A DNA stretch of 63,364 nt, filler included, from Reticulomyxa filosa (Eukaryota; Protista; Foraminifera): the NCBI GenBank assembly GCA_000512085.1. It is 13 parts of 13 records of this genome, joined end to end, with 100 filler letters (N's around TTAATTAATTAA, not from the genome) between each part and the next. Parts side by side here need not be neighbours in the genome. Positions count along the whole stretch, not along the records: positions 38,905 to 40,850 come from ASPP01027193.1; positions 40,951 to 42,685 come from ASPP01001131.1; positions 42,786 to 48,318 come from ASPP01006251.1; positions 48,419 to 54,095 come from ASPP01024903.1; 9 more parts are not named here. The stretch is one strand, 5' to 3'. Shown in pieces: positions 38,919 to 49,879 of this stretch (position 1 is its first letter; every line of letters starts with the position of its first letter). The translations under genes and the position numbers were made by a program. The notes under the pieces were generated by a model that had not been told where the DNA came from, made no database searches, and worked only from the letters and a program-made list of their open reading frames with translations.

Positions 38919-39476
38919 ATGGCTGAGAGTGAATCGATGAAAGATAAAAAGAGTTAGCAGAGTTAAAACAACATTTTGACGATATTCTACATCAATCCAC
39001 TCAGACATTATCAAAAGAACAAAAAGAATTTGTAACTTCAGAAAAAGTTATGTATCAATCATTAGATGGATTGGATGAACGAGTTTCCGGCATCGTTCAA
39101 CATATTAATTTGGCATGCAATAAACTTAAAAAGTGACCAAAAATGACTATGGCCGAAGATAGATATCAATCAACACAGTCACATGTTTTCATTATTATTT
39201 TTTTTTTAGAACTGAAGAAGGAAAACAAAAATTTGTAATGATTAAGGTCACAAAGCTAAATCAATCACACATGGATTTCGAGCGTTTAGTAAAAGATGCC
39301 ATGACCCAATTGTCACGTAACTTTGAAGACCAATTGAAGGAATTATGGGATTCTCTCAAAGGACAAATCGAAAATTTAATTACACAGCAAAATGATTCCC
39401 TTCAAATCAATCAAAAAGAAATTTTAACACACCAAATTGGAACACACTACTGATTTATCATTTCCTTTTTCAAAAG

Positions 39477-39511
<35 letters not shown>

Positions 39512-39943
39512 TGCATATATATGATGAACTGCCAATGACGCTTTCGACACAAGATAAAAACGAAAGAAAACGTCTGATACTTGCTGACAATTCATATCAA
39601 CAACGTATTTACAATTCATTCAAAAATTGACAGACAAATTAATAATGCATTCCCTGATTTATTAACAAAATATGTAAACGAAGCATTCGAAATCTGGAGC
39701 CGCAAAAATTCTAGAGGAAATCGATATTGTGGGGGGTCACGCATATTCCCAATTTTAATAATTGCTTTATGTACTGGCTTCATTTGGTTGTCACTGGTAA
39801 GAAAAACAACAAAACAATATTTTCCTTGGAAGGCAAAAATAATTTCCAAATATGACTCCTTTTTTCTAACAAATAAAACTCATCTGTTTATTTTTGATTC
39901 TCTTTTTTTTGTATTCCTTGTTATAGGCAAAAGTGGATGTTAA
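38919..39943 (+). CDS. Hypothetical coiled-coil protein with C-terminal TM helix, fragmentary
   Basis: Heptad-rich segments (~38950-39130, 39238-39453) and hydrophobic IFPILIIALCTGFIWLSLV. Structure unresolved. Confidence 0.35.
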
Positions 39944-40950
39944 CAGAAGAATAAGAGATTATTAAAATAAGAAAATATATAAAAAAAAGAAAAAGATAAA
40001 AAATATTATTTATTTTTTTATTTGAGTCAATTGACTCCATCTTTTATTATAAAAGAATTTGCCCAGCTTTGGTATGTATTTATATATGTGTATGTGTGAA
40101 TGATTAAGTCTGTCACATAATACAATTGTTGATTTCTACAATGTGTTTGTTTTGTTGTTTTATATTCTTGAACAAGCTGACCCAATTGGACGTAACGAAC
40201 AACAACAACATGATATATCATTTAATGTTGCAGCAGGAAGTACGACGAGGAAAGAGGATGCCTGCAGGACACAACCACTGCAATTAATGTCAATTCAGCT
40301 TCGACAAAGACATCAATTTGGGAGAAGTACCAAGTGGTAACTTTATCTGTGCTTTGCTGGTGGACTCGCTCACCGTCTCATGGTTGGGAAATATTTCTTA
40401 TTCTTATTCTTATCCCTTGTGCTCATGGCACTCGATCAATAGATTGCTGTGTATGGTCATTCTCTCTTACTTTGGGGGACGTCTTCCATGCAACACTTTG
40501 CAAACATAAGCAAATGCTTCATTATTTTATATCCTATCAGCTAAAACAAAATCTTTTCTACTCTTTACAACATGAAATATTAATTTTTTTTAAAAAAATT
40601 TTTGATAGTTGGTCCTCCACACCCAGACTCGTGTCCTTTGGTAAATGCTTGCATTTTTTGCGCCGCGTATATATCCAAGTGCGATGATGCGGAGTCTGCA
40701 AGCAGTGACGAACGATCTTTGGAATATGTCTGGAGTGACGGTGAAGATGGCACGACGACACTTGACAATTGACTCACTCAAAATCACGTGGCTTTGACAT
40801 ACCATATGCACATTCATGGTTATTATCACCAATTGGCTTCGGCGTTCAAANNNNNNNNNNNNNNNNNNNNNNNNNNNNNNNNNNNNNNNNNNNNTTAATT
40901 AATTAANNNNNNNNNNNNNNNNNNNNNNNNNNNNNNNNNNNNNNNNNNNN

Positions 40951-41516
40951 ATTGAAGACAGCAAAACTTTTATCGTGATTGGTGGTAATGGATATACAAT
41001 TTGTTCTGGATCAAGTGATAAAACTATTCGTTTATGGGATGTCAAAATAACCAAAGAATTGACTGTTTTAAAAGGACATGAAGATAATGTGACTAGTGTC
41101 AAGTACTTGACATTTGGATTAAAAACGAAAAGTGGTGGAAATATAATATGCTCTGCATCTCATGACAAAACAGTTTGATTATGGGATATTCGCACTGAAA
41201 AAGAGGTTCATGTATTCCAAAAACATAAAAGTGATGTAAACTGTGTTGAACACTCGCCATTCATGAGTGATAATAGCGATCAGGTTGGAGTAGGTAGTGT
41301 TGATATCATATGCTCTGGATCATTTGACAAAACTATCCGTTTTTGGGATGTTCGAATCAACAAGCAATCCATAAAATCAAAGGGAATGACAGCGATGGCG
41401 GAATATCGTGTCTTCAATTTTCTCCATTGATCAATGACATGAACGAAAAAAACAAAAAGAATGATCAGGCATTATGTTATGGTTCAAGACATGGCTCAAT
41501 TTTTTTGTTGGGATAG
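40951..41516 (+). pseudogene. WD40-repeat family pseudogene fragment
   Basis: [21 protein letters not shown]..., in-frame TGA at 41176-41178 where paralogs have Arg, plus frameshifts near 41380-41460. Paralogous to 60198-61628. Confidence 0.8.
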
Positions 41517-42916
41517 TTGTTTTACCGATGTAAGTTTTTGCTGTTTTTTGGGATATTAAAAAAAAAAACAAGTGTTTGTGAAGTTGTTTGCAGCACTTTT
41601 CAAAATTGAAAATTCGCAAAAATAAGACAAGAAGAAAAGCTTTACAGCTATAAAAAGATGGCCAATCGTAATTTGAAATGTGTTATGCAACAAATGATTC
41701 TTTTTTTCACAAACTTTATTAAATCTTTTGAATGATTTGTACAAAAGGTATACTTGTCAATTTTACTTTCGAATAATAACTGGCTTAAGAACTTTTATGT
41801 AGACCTTTAAGATCCTGTTTTTTTAAAACAATCGTTTTTGGTTTAAAGGAAAACCCCCTTTTTTTTGAGGGTAAAAACAAAATGCATTTTGCACAAGATT
41901 TTTGGAGAGAATTTTCTATTTGCGCGAGATTCTTGAAAGAATGTAAAGAAAAAACAATTTATTGATTAATCTAAAAAGGGCTAACACCACAAGTCAAACG
42001 TTTTTATTTGCTCAAGTTTATTTTGTGATTATGGGTTGCAAAGATATCATTTTTGTTGTGATGTCAACAATTATCTATCATATTTCTTTAAACAAACTTT
42101 TTTAATAAACACCAACGGATTATTACCAATTTAATCACACAAATTTTTCGTGAAAAACTCGATACTTTGCGAAGAAGTGCTAGCTTGTCTTGCAGTAAGT
42201 CTTTATCACAATCCACAAAAGTACAAACAGCAATTAACTTGCCGCATTATTTGCAATAACAAAGACACACAACTTTTTCAGAGTCTGTTTGAAAAAAATA
42301 ATAGCACTTAATAATTGTAAAAAAAACACAAACTAGAAAATTTCTCCAAGTGTTTCAAAACTAAAAACAAAAAGATAAATTAAACTACAAAAATTTCCAC
42401 TCCAATTTAGAAACTCTAGAAAACTCTTCAAGTGGAGAGCTCTGTTTTCTCCGATTTGATCTTTTTTTAACAAAAATCTACTCCAAAAAATGATCAAAAA
42501 TTGGAGCGGGATATTCTTCTTGAATAAAAACGATTTATAATTTTAATTTTTAAAAGTAATTAAAAAAGTTAATCTGATTTGAAAATTGAACAAACAAAAA
42601 GGTCTTACTCCAAACTGTAAAAGAGTAAAAAAAAGAAAGACTTTATTAATGTTGCAAGCAGAAGGAAAAGAAAAAAATTTAAACANNNNNNNNNNNNNNN
42701 NNNNNNNNNNNNNNNNNNNNNNNNNNNNNTTAATTAATTAANNNNNNNNNNNNNNNNNNNNNNNNNNNNNNNNNNNNNNNNNNNNTAAACAAAAAAATTT
42801 GAAAATTTATTAATTTTAATAAAAGTGCAAATGATACGCATTCTCGCAAAATTTTCAAAAATCATTTGAAAGAATTTTGATTTCATCCAACAAAAAAAAA
42901 AGTTATTAAAAAATCA

Positions 42917-43045
42917 ATATCATATTTAAAAACTACAAGACTTGTAGATATTTTTTTTTAAAAAAATAGGTCTAAATGTTGATTTTTTATTGAGAAAATC
43001 AATTATTATCATAAGATATGTTTTATGCTTTCAGTTTTCTTTGCG
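42917..43045 (+). repeat. Dispersed ~140-bp repeat, copy B
   Basis: ATATTTAAAAACTACAAGACTTGTAGATATTTTTT..AAATGTTGATTTTTT..GAGAAAATCAATTA. Starts about 50 bp beyond the stop of the NLR-like gene. Confidence 0.75.
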
Positions 43046-43097
43046 ACATAATGTAATTACAATTTATTTACAAAAAACAAATCTAAAACAAAAAAGA

Positions 43098-46000
43098 TTA
43101 AAACGTTCCACCGCGTTGTTCTACAAGTAATTTCTGCTGAGGAGTCAAACAATTAATATTTTCCCAAATACTATCTTTCATCGATAAACCGTAGCAATGA
43201 ACACCTGCTTGCCAAATACACTTCATCAAACCAACATCAGTTGTTTTATTATCAATGCCCCACAATCGAATCGTTCTATCCTGTGAGCATGACACGATTT
43301 TGGAACCATCTGGTGAAAATTGTATTCCATTGATATCACCTGTGTGTCCTTCTAATAATTGTACTTGTTGTCCTGAAGATACATCCCATATTCGGATTGT
43401 TTTATCTCGTGAATACGATACAACTTTAGATCCATCAGGTGAGAATTGAGCTTTCCTAATGTCACTTGAATGTCCCTTTAATACATGAAGCTGTTTTCCA
43501 GACAATACATCCCACAAGCCTATTGTTCTATCCCATGAACATGACAGAATTTTCGAACCATCTGGAGAAAATTGTATTCCACTTATACGTTTTGAATGAC
43601 CTTCCAATAATAAAAGTTGTTTTCCAGATGATGCATCCCACAAACGAATAGTTTTATCATTTGAACATGTTGCTAGCTTGGACCAATCCGGTAAGAATTC
43701 TATTTCATTTATAACAGCCGAATGTCCTTTCAAGTATTGCAAATGCTCTCCAGATAATACATCCCACATGTGGACAGTCTCTCTTGTGCAAATCACAATT
43801 TTAGAACTATCAGGTGAAAATCGCATTCTGTGTATAAAATGTGTATCTTCTTCAAACGACTGAAGTTGTTTGCCAGACAATACGTCCCATACTCGAACTA
43901 TTTTATTATCAAAGCGAGCAGCGATTTTCGAGTAATCTGGTGAAAACTGGACTTCATTTAAATTACCAAATAGTCCATCCAAACTTTGAATTTGTCTTCC
44001 TGACGATATATCGAATATTTGAAGGGTTTTATTGTCCGAGTATGGCACAATTTTGGACAAATCAGGTGAAACTTGCAACCCCCATGTCGAATCAAATAAT
44101 CGAAGTTGTCTTCCAGACAATGCATCCCATATTCGAATTGTTTGATCCGATGAATACGACACAATCCTGGAGCCATCTGATGAGAATTGAACTTCATGTA
44201 CGCGGTTAAAGTGTCCTTCCAATAATTGAATTTGTCTTCCGGAAGATACATCCCACAATCGAATAGTTTTATCATCTGAACATGATACAATTTTTGTACT
44301 ATCGGGTGAAAATTGTACTTTGTTAACTTTACTTGAATGTCCTTTTACGACTTGAATTTTTTGATTTAATGATGCATCCCATATTCGAATAGTTTTGTCA
44401 CGTGAACATGATACAATTTTGGAATCATTAAAAAAAAATTTTACACCAGTTACAGCACCTGCATGTCCTTCCAATAGTTGAAGTTGATTTCCAGATGATA
44501 CGTCCCATATTCGGATTGTACTGTCATCTGAGCCAGATACAATTTTGGACGAGTCAGATGAAAATTGTACAGAATTTATCCATTCTGAATGTCCTTCTAG
44601 CACTTGAATTTGTTTCCCGGAAAATACATCCCACAATCGAATAGTTTTGTCCCATGAGCAAGACACAACTTTGGAACAATCTGGTGAAAAACTAGCTTTA
44701 GTTACTGTCCCTGTATGTCCTTCTAATAATTGAAGCTGTTTTCCAGATAAGAAATCCCACACTCGAATAGTTTTATCCCATGAGCATGATACAAGTTTTG
44801 AACTGTCTGGTGATAATTGCACACCTGTTACACTACTTGAATGCCCTTCCAATACTTGGATATGTTGGCCTGATAATAAGTCCCATATTCTAATGGTCCT
44901 ATCAGTCGAACATGAAATAACTTTTGAGCCGTCAGGTGAAAATTGTACTTCGTTAACATTATCTGAATGTCCTTCCAATAATTGAACTGGTTGGTTTGAT
45001 GATAAATTCCATATTTGAATAGTTTGATCACTTGAACCCGATACAATTTTTGAACCGTCTGGTGAAAATTGTGCAGCATGTATACCTTCTTTGTGTCCTT
45101 CTAATGCTTGAAGTTGTCTTCCAGAGGACAAATCCCATATTCGAATTGTTTTATCATTTGAACACGAGACAATCTTTGAACAATCTGGTGAAACTCCAAT
45201 TCCATTTACATCACCTAAATGTCCATTTAAATATGCGTACTCCCCAAAGTAAATTTCATTCATTGATGCATTTGTGAAGTTGGCCTTATTTAAGAAAGCT
45301 TGAAAAAAACTGACATTGTCCAAATTTGCGTTTTTAAAATCAGTTCCCTCAAGAAATGCATGATCTAAAATTGCATGTGGAATTTTGATATTGCTCCAAT
45401 CTCTATAGTGAAGATTCACGTTTGCAGAATTAAGTATAGTGATTGCATTTGCCGCTGCAATGTTGGTATGTTCATTTGTTTTGGATGCTTCAATAATCCG
45501 AAACAATCTCGATTTCAAATTCACAAATATTGGATTTGTGTCAAAAATCCGTTCACTGATAAACTCGATAATACCAGCTTCCTCGTTCAACAGTTTGGAA
45601 TTGATAATAAAATTTGAAGCATAGCTTTCAAATTGTTTCTGAAACTCTTGATCACTGGGACTGAAAGTCTCGGACCTCCACGAAAGAATATCAAATATAA
45701 TTTTATGTGCTGCATAATATTCTTGACACGATTTATGCAAAAATTGATATTTGTTGTCTCCAGTTCTTCTCAATAAATATTTTGCAATACTGTCGCCATT
45801 AAAGTACTTTTCCCAAACATCTTGTATTTTTACAACTGAAGCATCGGTAGTTTTATCAGTACTTTTGATTTCTTTTTTTTCATCCACAATACTGTCATTG
45901 TTTTTATTTTCAATAACTGGATCTAATTTAGTCCAAATGTGAGAATCCTCAGAGCGTGATTCAGTTTCAATTGCAACTTGGCTCCCTTGAACAAACATAT

Positions 46001-48267
46001 CAAATCCTAAGTCAAGACAGTACTGTTTGAATTTGGATTTGATTTTGTTAATACTAATTTGAATTCTTAATTCTGCTAATTTGGATATTACGTGTTGCAT
46101 ATGAATATCAATCCAATAATCATTGAAAACTTCATATACATGTGATTTTGAAATTGCATTCGTTTCACCATATTTTTTAACTAATGATGGCAACACAGTT
46201 AAAATAAGTTGCAGGAGAAATGGTTCTTCCATCATTTTTTGTAAATTTGGATAATTGCTTAACGTTTCTTCGTATTGTTTTAGTGTCCAATTATCGCTGT
46301 CTTTTTTTTTTCCATATTCATTTTTGATTTAATTTTTGCAAATTTTTCAATGTAACTACGCATTTGCTGTTTTGTAAAAGGCCATAAATACATCATGGAT
46401 GTTGCAACATAGTTTTGGTTTATGCCCGTTAATGTAGTCTGAATATCAGCTTCGTTCAATACATTAATTCGACATGTCACAATAACTTTTGCATTCCATT
46501 GATTCAAATTAAAACGGTCATAAAAATATTGTCCACTTTTATCACTATTGCGATAAAAATCAAATATTTCATCAAATCCATCCATGATAAATACAAAAGA
46601 TACTTTTTCACGAATTGCATCTATAATTTCATTACTGACGTGTTTGCCTTGTAATGCTTGTAAAATAATATTTGTTTCATTTTGTTTATTATAGGCTTTT
46701 GATAATGATATATAAACAGGAATAGGTCTCTTTGAATCACATTTGTAATCATTCCACAATGTCTCTTCCAAATGACGACAAAATAGACTTTTTCCCGATC
46801 CTGATTTTCCTTGAATTATCATCACTTTTCGTTGGTGTTCTTGCTCACTCTTTTTTTCTTCTTTTTCCAAAAAGTCAATTACACGCTGATGGCAGTCATG
46901 TGTTTCATGTTTTTGACTGTCATCACCATCGATGTGCGGATAATTATTGCTTTTAGGGGATATATGTTTCAAGCGCTTGTTGTATGGTGACATCCTCTTC
47001 CATCTCTTGCTTTTTTGATTCGTGTAATAGTAATGCAAAATCAGCACAACTTGCTGGATTTTTGTCTCCAATAATTTTTTTTTTGTAATATTCGTATAAA
47101 ATGACATAAATAGCTTTTCCTTTCATTTTGTCTGGAGTAAATTTGCAAAGGTGTTCATATACAAATTGTGCAATTTTCAATGGTATCTTCTCGTTGATTT
47201 CCGCCTCTGTTTTTTTTGATAGTTGTGGTGGTTTCAATATTCCAATATCCAAATGGGATCTATACTGTTTTGCTAATATTTGTGTCCCCTTGTCGTCAAT
47301 CCATTCACAAATGATGTCATTTATTTTTGTCAATGTTTCGTCACTTGCTTGTTTCAACTCTTTTTCTTCAGAGTCACTCGGTTTCCAAGCCCTGATAAGC
47401 TCATAGAACAAATGACTTAATTTGGGATTTTCAATGACAGTGTATCCTTCCAAGGTTGTAAAAATTTTTAATGTTGCTTGCATTTCAATATAAACATCAT
47501 GTTTTGGGACATACAATTTAATATTATGGAATCGATGATGTGTTCTCGATTGCCTTTCAAAGAAATCTTTATCTTCAGATACAATCAGATTAAATTGCTC
47601 TGCTTTTTTCATTACGGCCACTGCTGTCTGCAGTTTGGTCGGGTTGTCACATAAAATAGTAAATCTTCCAATATCAAACACTTGATTAAAATCACCACTA
47701 TAATCGTGTCGAATCTTTTCCAATAATCTCACATTATCTTTCACTTTAGGTGGTTTCACCACTGTTATCAAATATTTCTGTAATTCCGCCACCAAATTTA
47801 GTATCTCTTCGCTGTTCATTGCATGTTCGCTCCGGGATATTAGATCTTCTAAACTCGTTGCATGTTGTCTGATTTTTTTAGCTTTCAATTTATAAACTAA
47901 TCCAGATTTGATTGTATAAAAGCATTGATAGCAATTGTCTTTCACAGGAACAGATTCACCACTCGCACAAATAGAGTGCTCTGAATTGAAAAGCATCGCC
48001 TTTGTAATGGATGTGACAGTCAATTGTCTGCAATCAGGACAGCAATAGGAAGTGTTGTTCGATACAAATGAAATGTCACCAAATTCAATATTCACCCATA
48101 TTGGAAGCTTTGCTTTTGCTGCCAAGCAATACTCATTTGTGCAATAGCCTTGCAAATTAATTCCCGGTCTAATTTCTCCAACCTCTACTTTTTCTTCTTC
48201 TTTTTTCAATTTATCCAGTTTTTTTTCAATCTTTTCCATGCTTTTCCGTCCTTGATTGTTGTCACTC
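43098..48267 (-). CDS. NLR-like protein: Cys-rich domain + RelA/SpoT-like nucleotidyltransferase + NACHT + pentapeptide repeats + ~16 WD40 repeats; two frame breaks (46953-46958, 46302-46311); may be 5'-partial
   Basis: Three collinear ORFs. RSH-like KxxxRxxEK..DIGR..KDF..HRFHNI..IEMQ..SHLFYE; Walker A GKSGSGKS; Walker B FIMDGFDE; IVTCR; FLHKSCQEY; AAANAITIL + pentapeptide repeats; 42-aa WD repeats (GH..V..V.FSPDGSKIVSCS.DKTIRIWD). Confidence 0.88.
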
Positions 48268-48418
48268 TTTTTTTTTTTTAAAGGAAAAAAAATATATATG
48301 TAATTATGGCAACTAATANNNNNNNNNNNNNNNNNNNNNNNNNNNNNNNNNNNNNNNNNNNNTTAATTAATTAANNNNNNNNNNNNNNNNNNNNNNNNNN
48401 NNNNNNNNNNNNNNNNNN

Positions 48419-49018
48419 TATTTTATCATTTAATATTAATTCGTTGCTATTCTTTTCGTTATAGTATATTTGTTGTTTGATCTGTATAAGAGCATTCAAA
48501 TTTGCATTATTTTTCTTACTGACCAAATCACACAGATAACCATTCTTTATCACTTCATGTAATAGATTCCGCAATAAATTCTTTGTTGTTATTTTAAACT
48601 GCAATGTATTATTAATAACTTTGAGTTTGTGAAAAGCACATTCGTATAACAATGGATTGAATGTAACTTTTTTATTTGATATGATCAATGTATCATCTGA
48701 ATTTATACTTTTTGGGATAACACTTCTTTCGATGCCAATTGTATTTTTGTAGGATACTATAAATCCTCCTTTTGTTTCCCAATGTACTTGAGTAATTGGA
48801 TAACGAGGAGGATATTTATAAAGATCATGCAATACATATTCATTCATTTCAAATGATATTGAGGGTTTACATTTCTCAAATTCGCATTGAAAAAATATTA
48901 ATTCATCCATTCCATTAATGAAATGCTCTATAATTTGCATTTTCTCTTTTATCTGTTGAATTCCTTGTTTCAAAGTCATTGAATAAGGTATCTTTCCAAA
49001 TGACAAAATTAGTCTCAA
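48419..49018 (-). CDS. Hypothetical lineage-specific family protein fragment, truncated by contig end
   Basis: About 200-aa uninterrupted frame (PYSMTLKQGIQQIKEK..FNPLLYEC..LLHEVIKNGYLCDL) running into the spacer. No clear start. Confidence 0.6.
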
Positions 49019-49418
49019 GCCTTACGTTTGCCGAAAAGAAACCTTGGAATCAATTTTTCAATTTTATGTTCAGTCCAATTTGAAGAATTTCCGTTAAGAT
49101 TTTAGTTTCTTTGCCTTCATGATATTCAGGCTGTGGATTTCATTAAGACACCGGTTGTGTTTTTAATTTTTTTTGGAATATATTAAAAAGGACAGTCGTT
49201 TCAAATTTTGTCAAAAAAGCTTTTTTTCGTTGGTTACGTCAGTTTACTTTCAACAATAAACAAATTTCAGATAAAGTTGAACATTGAAAAAACTGTTATA
49301 TCTTGCGTTTGTTTTTTTGTTGGTGGCATATCTTTTATGATAATTATTCTGTTTAATAAAAAATGGCTCGATATAATTGTTTTTGAAACGCAAATACTTA
49401 ATAAAGGTTTTACAGTTG

Positions 49419-49505
49419 ATGTTGTTTTTTCATGGAGAAAATCGATCATCTTCATAAAGTGCCGTTTTATGTGTCAACTTTCTTTTTTATTCTACTGTAT
49501 TTAAA
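49419..49505 (+). repeat. Dispersed repeat, partial copy C
   Basis: ATGTTGTTTTTTCATGGAGAAAATCGAT..CATAAAG..GTTTTATGTGTCAACTTTCTTTTTTATTCTACTGTA. Confidence 0.75.
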
Positions 49506-49879
49506 TATATATTGTTTTTCGTTGTCATAAGAAATCAAAGTTAATTTGAACTCACTAGTATTTATTGTGCTCTCCTCCATTGCAATTGGTGAAACCAATG
49601 TAACTACTCTCCAAGATTAAGCGCTGATACTCTGAGTATGTTTGGTCAATCCTTGCATCGAGGAATGTGACGATAAGGAAGTAGTATGTGGAAATGTGAT
49701 ATTTAGCAGAGAGAGACGAAGGCAAATTAGATGTGACAATTAATATTAAAACTCTTGACTTGAATAAATGTAATTTTTTTCCCATGTTTAAGAGAAGAGG
49801 AGGTGGTGTAGATGTTAAACTTTTTGGGTGAGGAAAAAATTTGCAATATTTACAAAAAAAAAAAAAAAAAAAAACTTGG

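Noticed and set aside
40143-40850. Several overlapping short ORFs
   Set aside because: No recognisable domain or consistent exon structure.
42340-42615. Clustered CTCCAA/TTGGAG motifs as transposon subterminal repeats
   Set aside because: Irregular spacing, no defined termini and no second copy in the window.
48240-49018. Joining ORF 48371..49018 to the NLR-like gene as its 5' part
   Set aside because: They are separated by an artificial spacer, so contig order gives no evidence of linkage.
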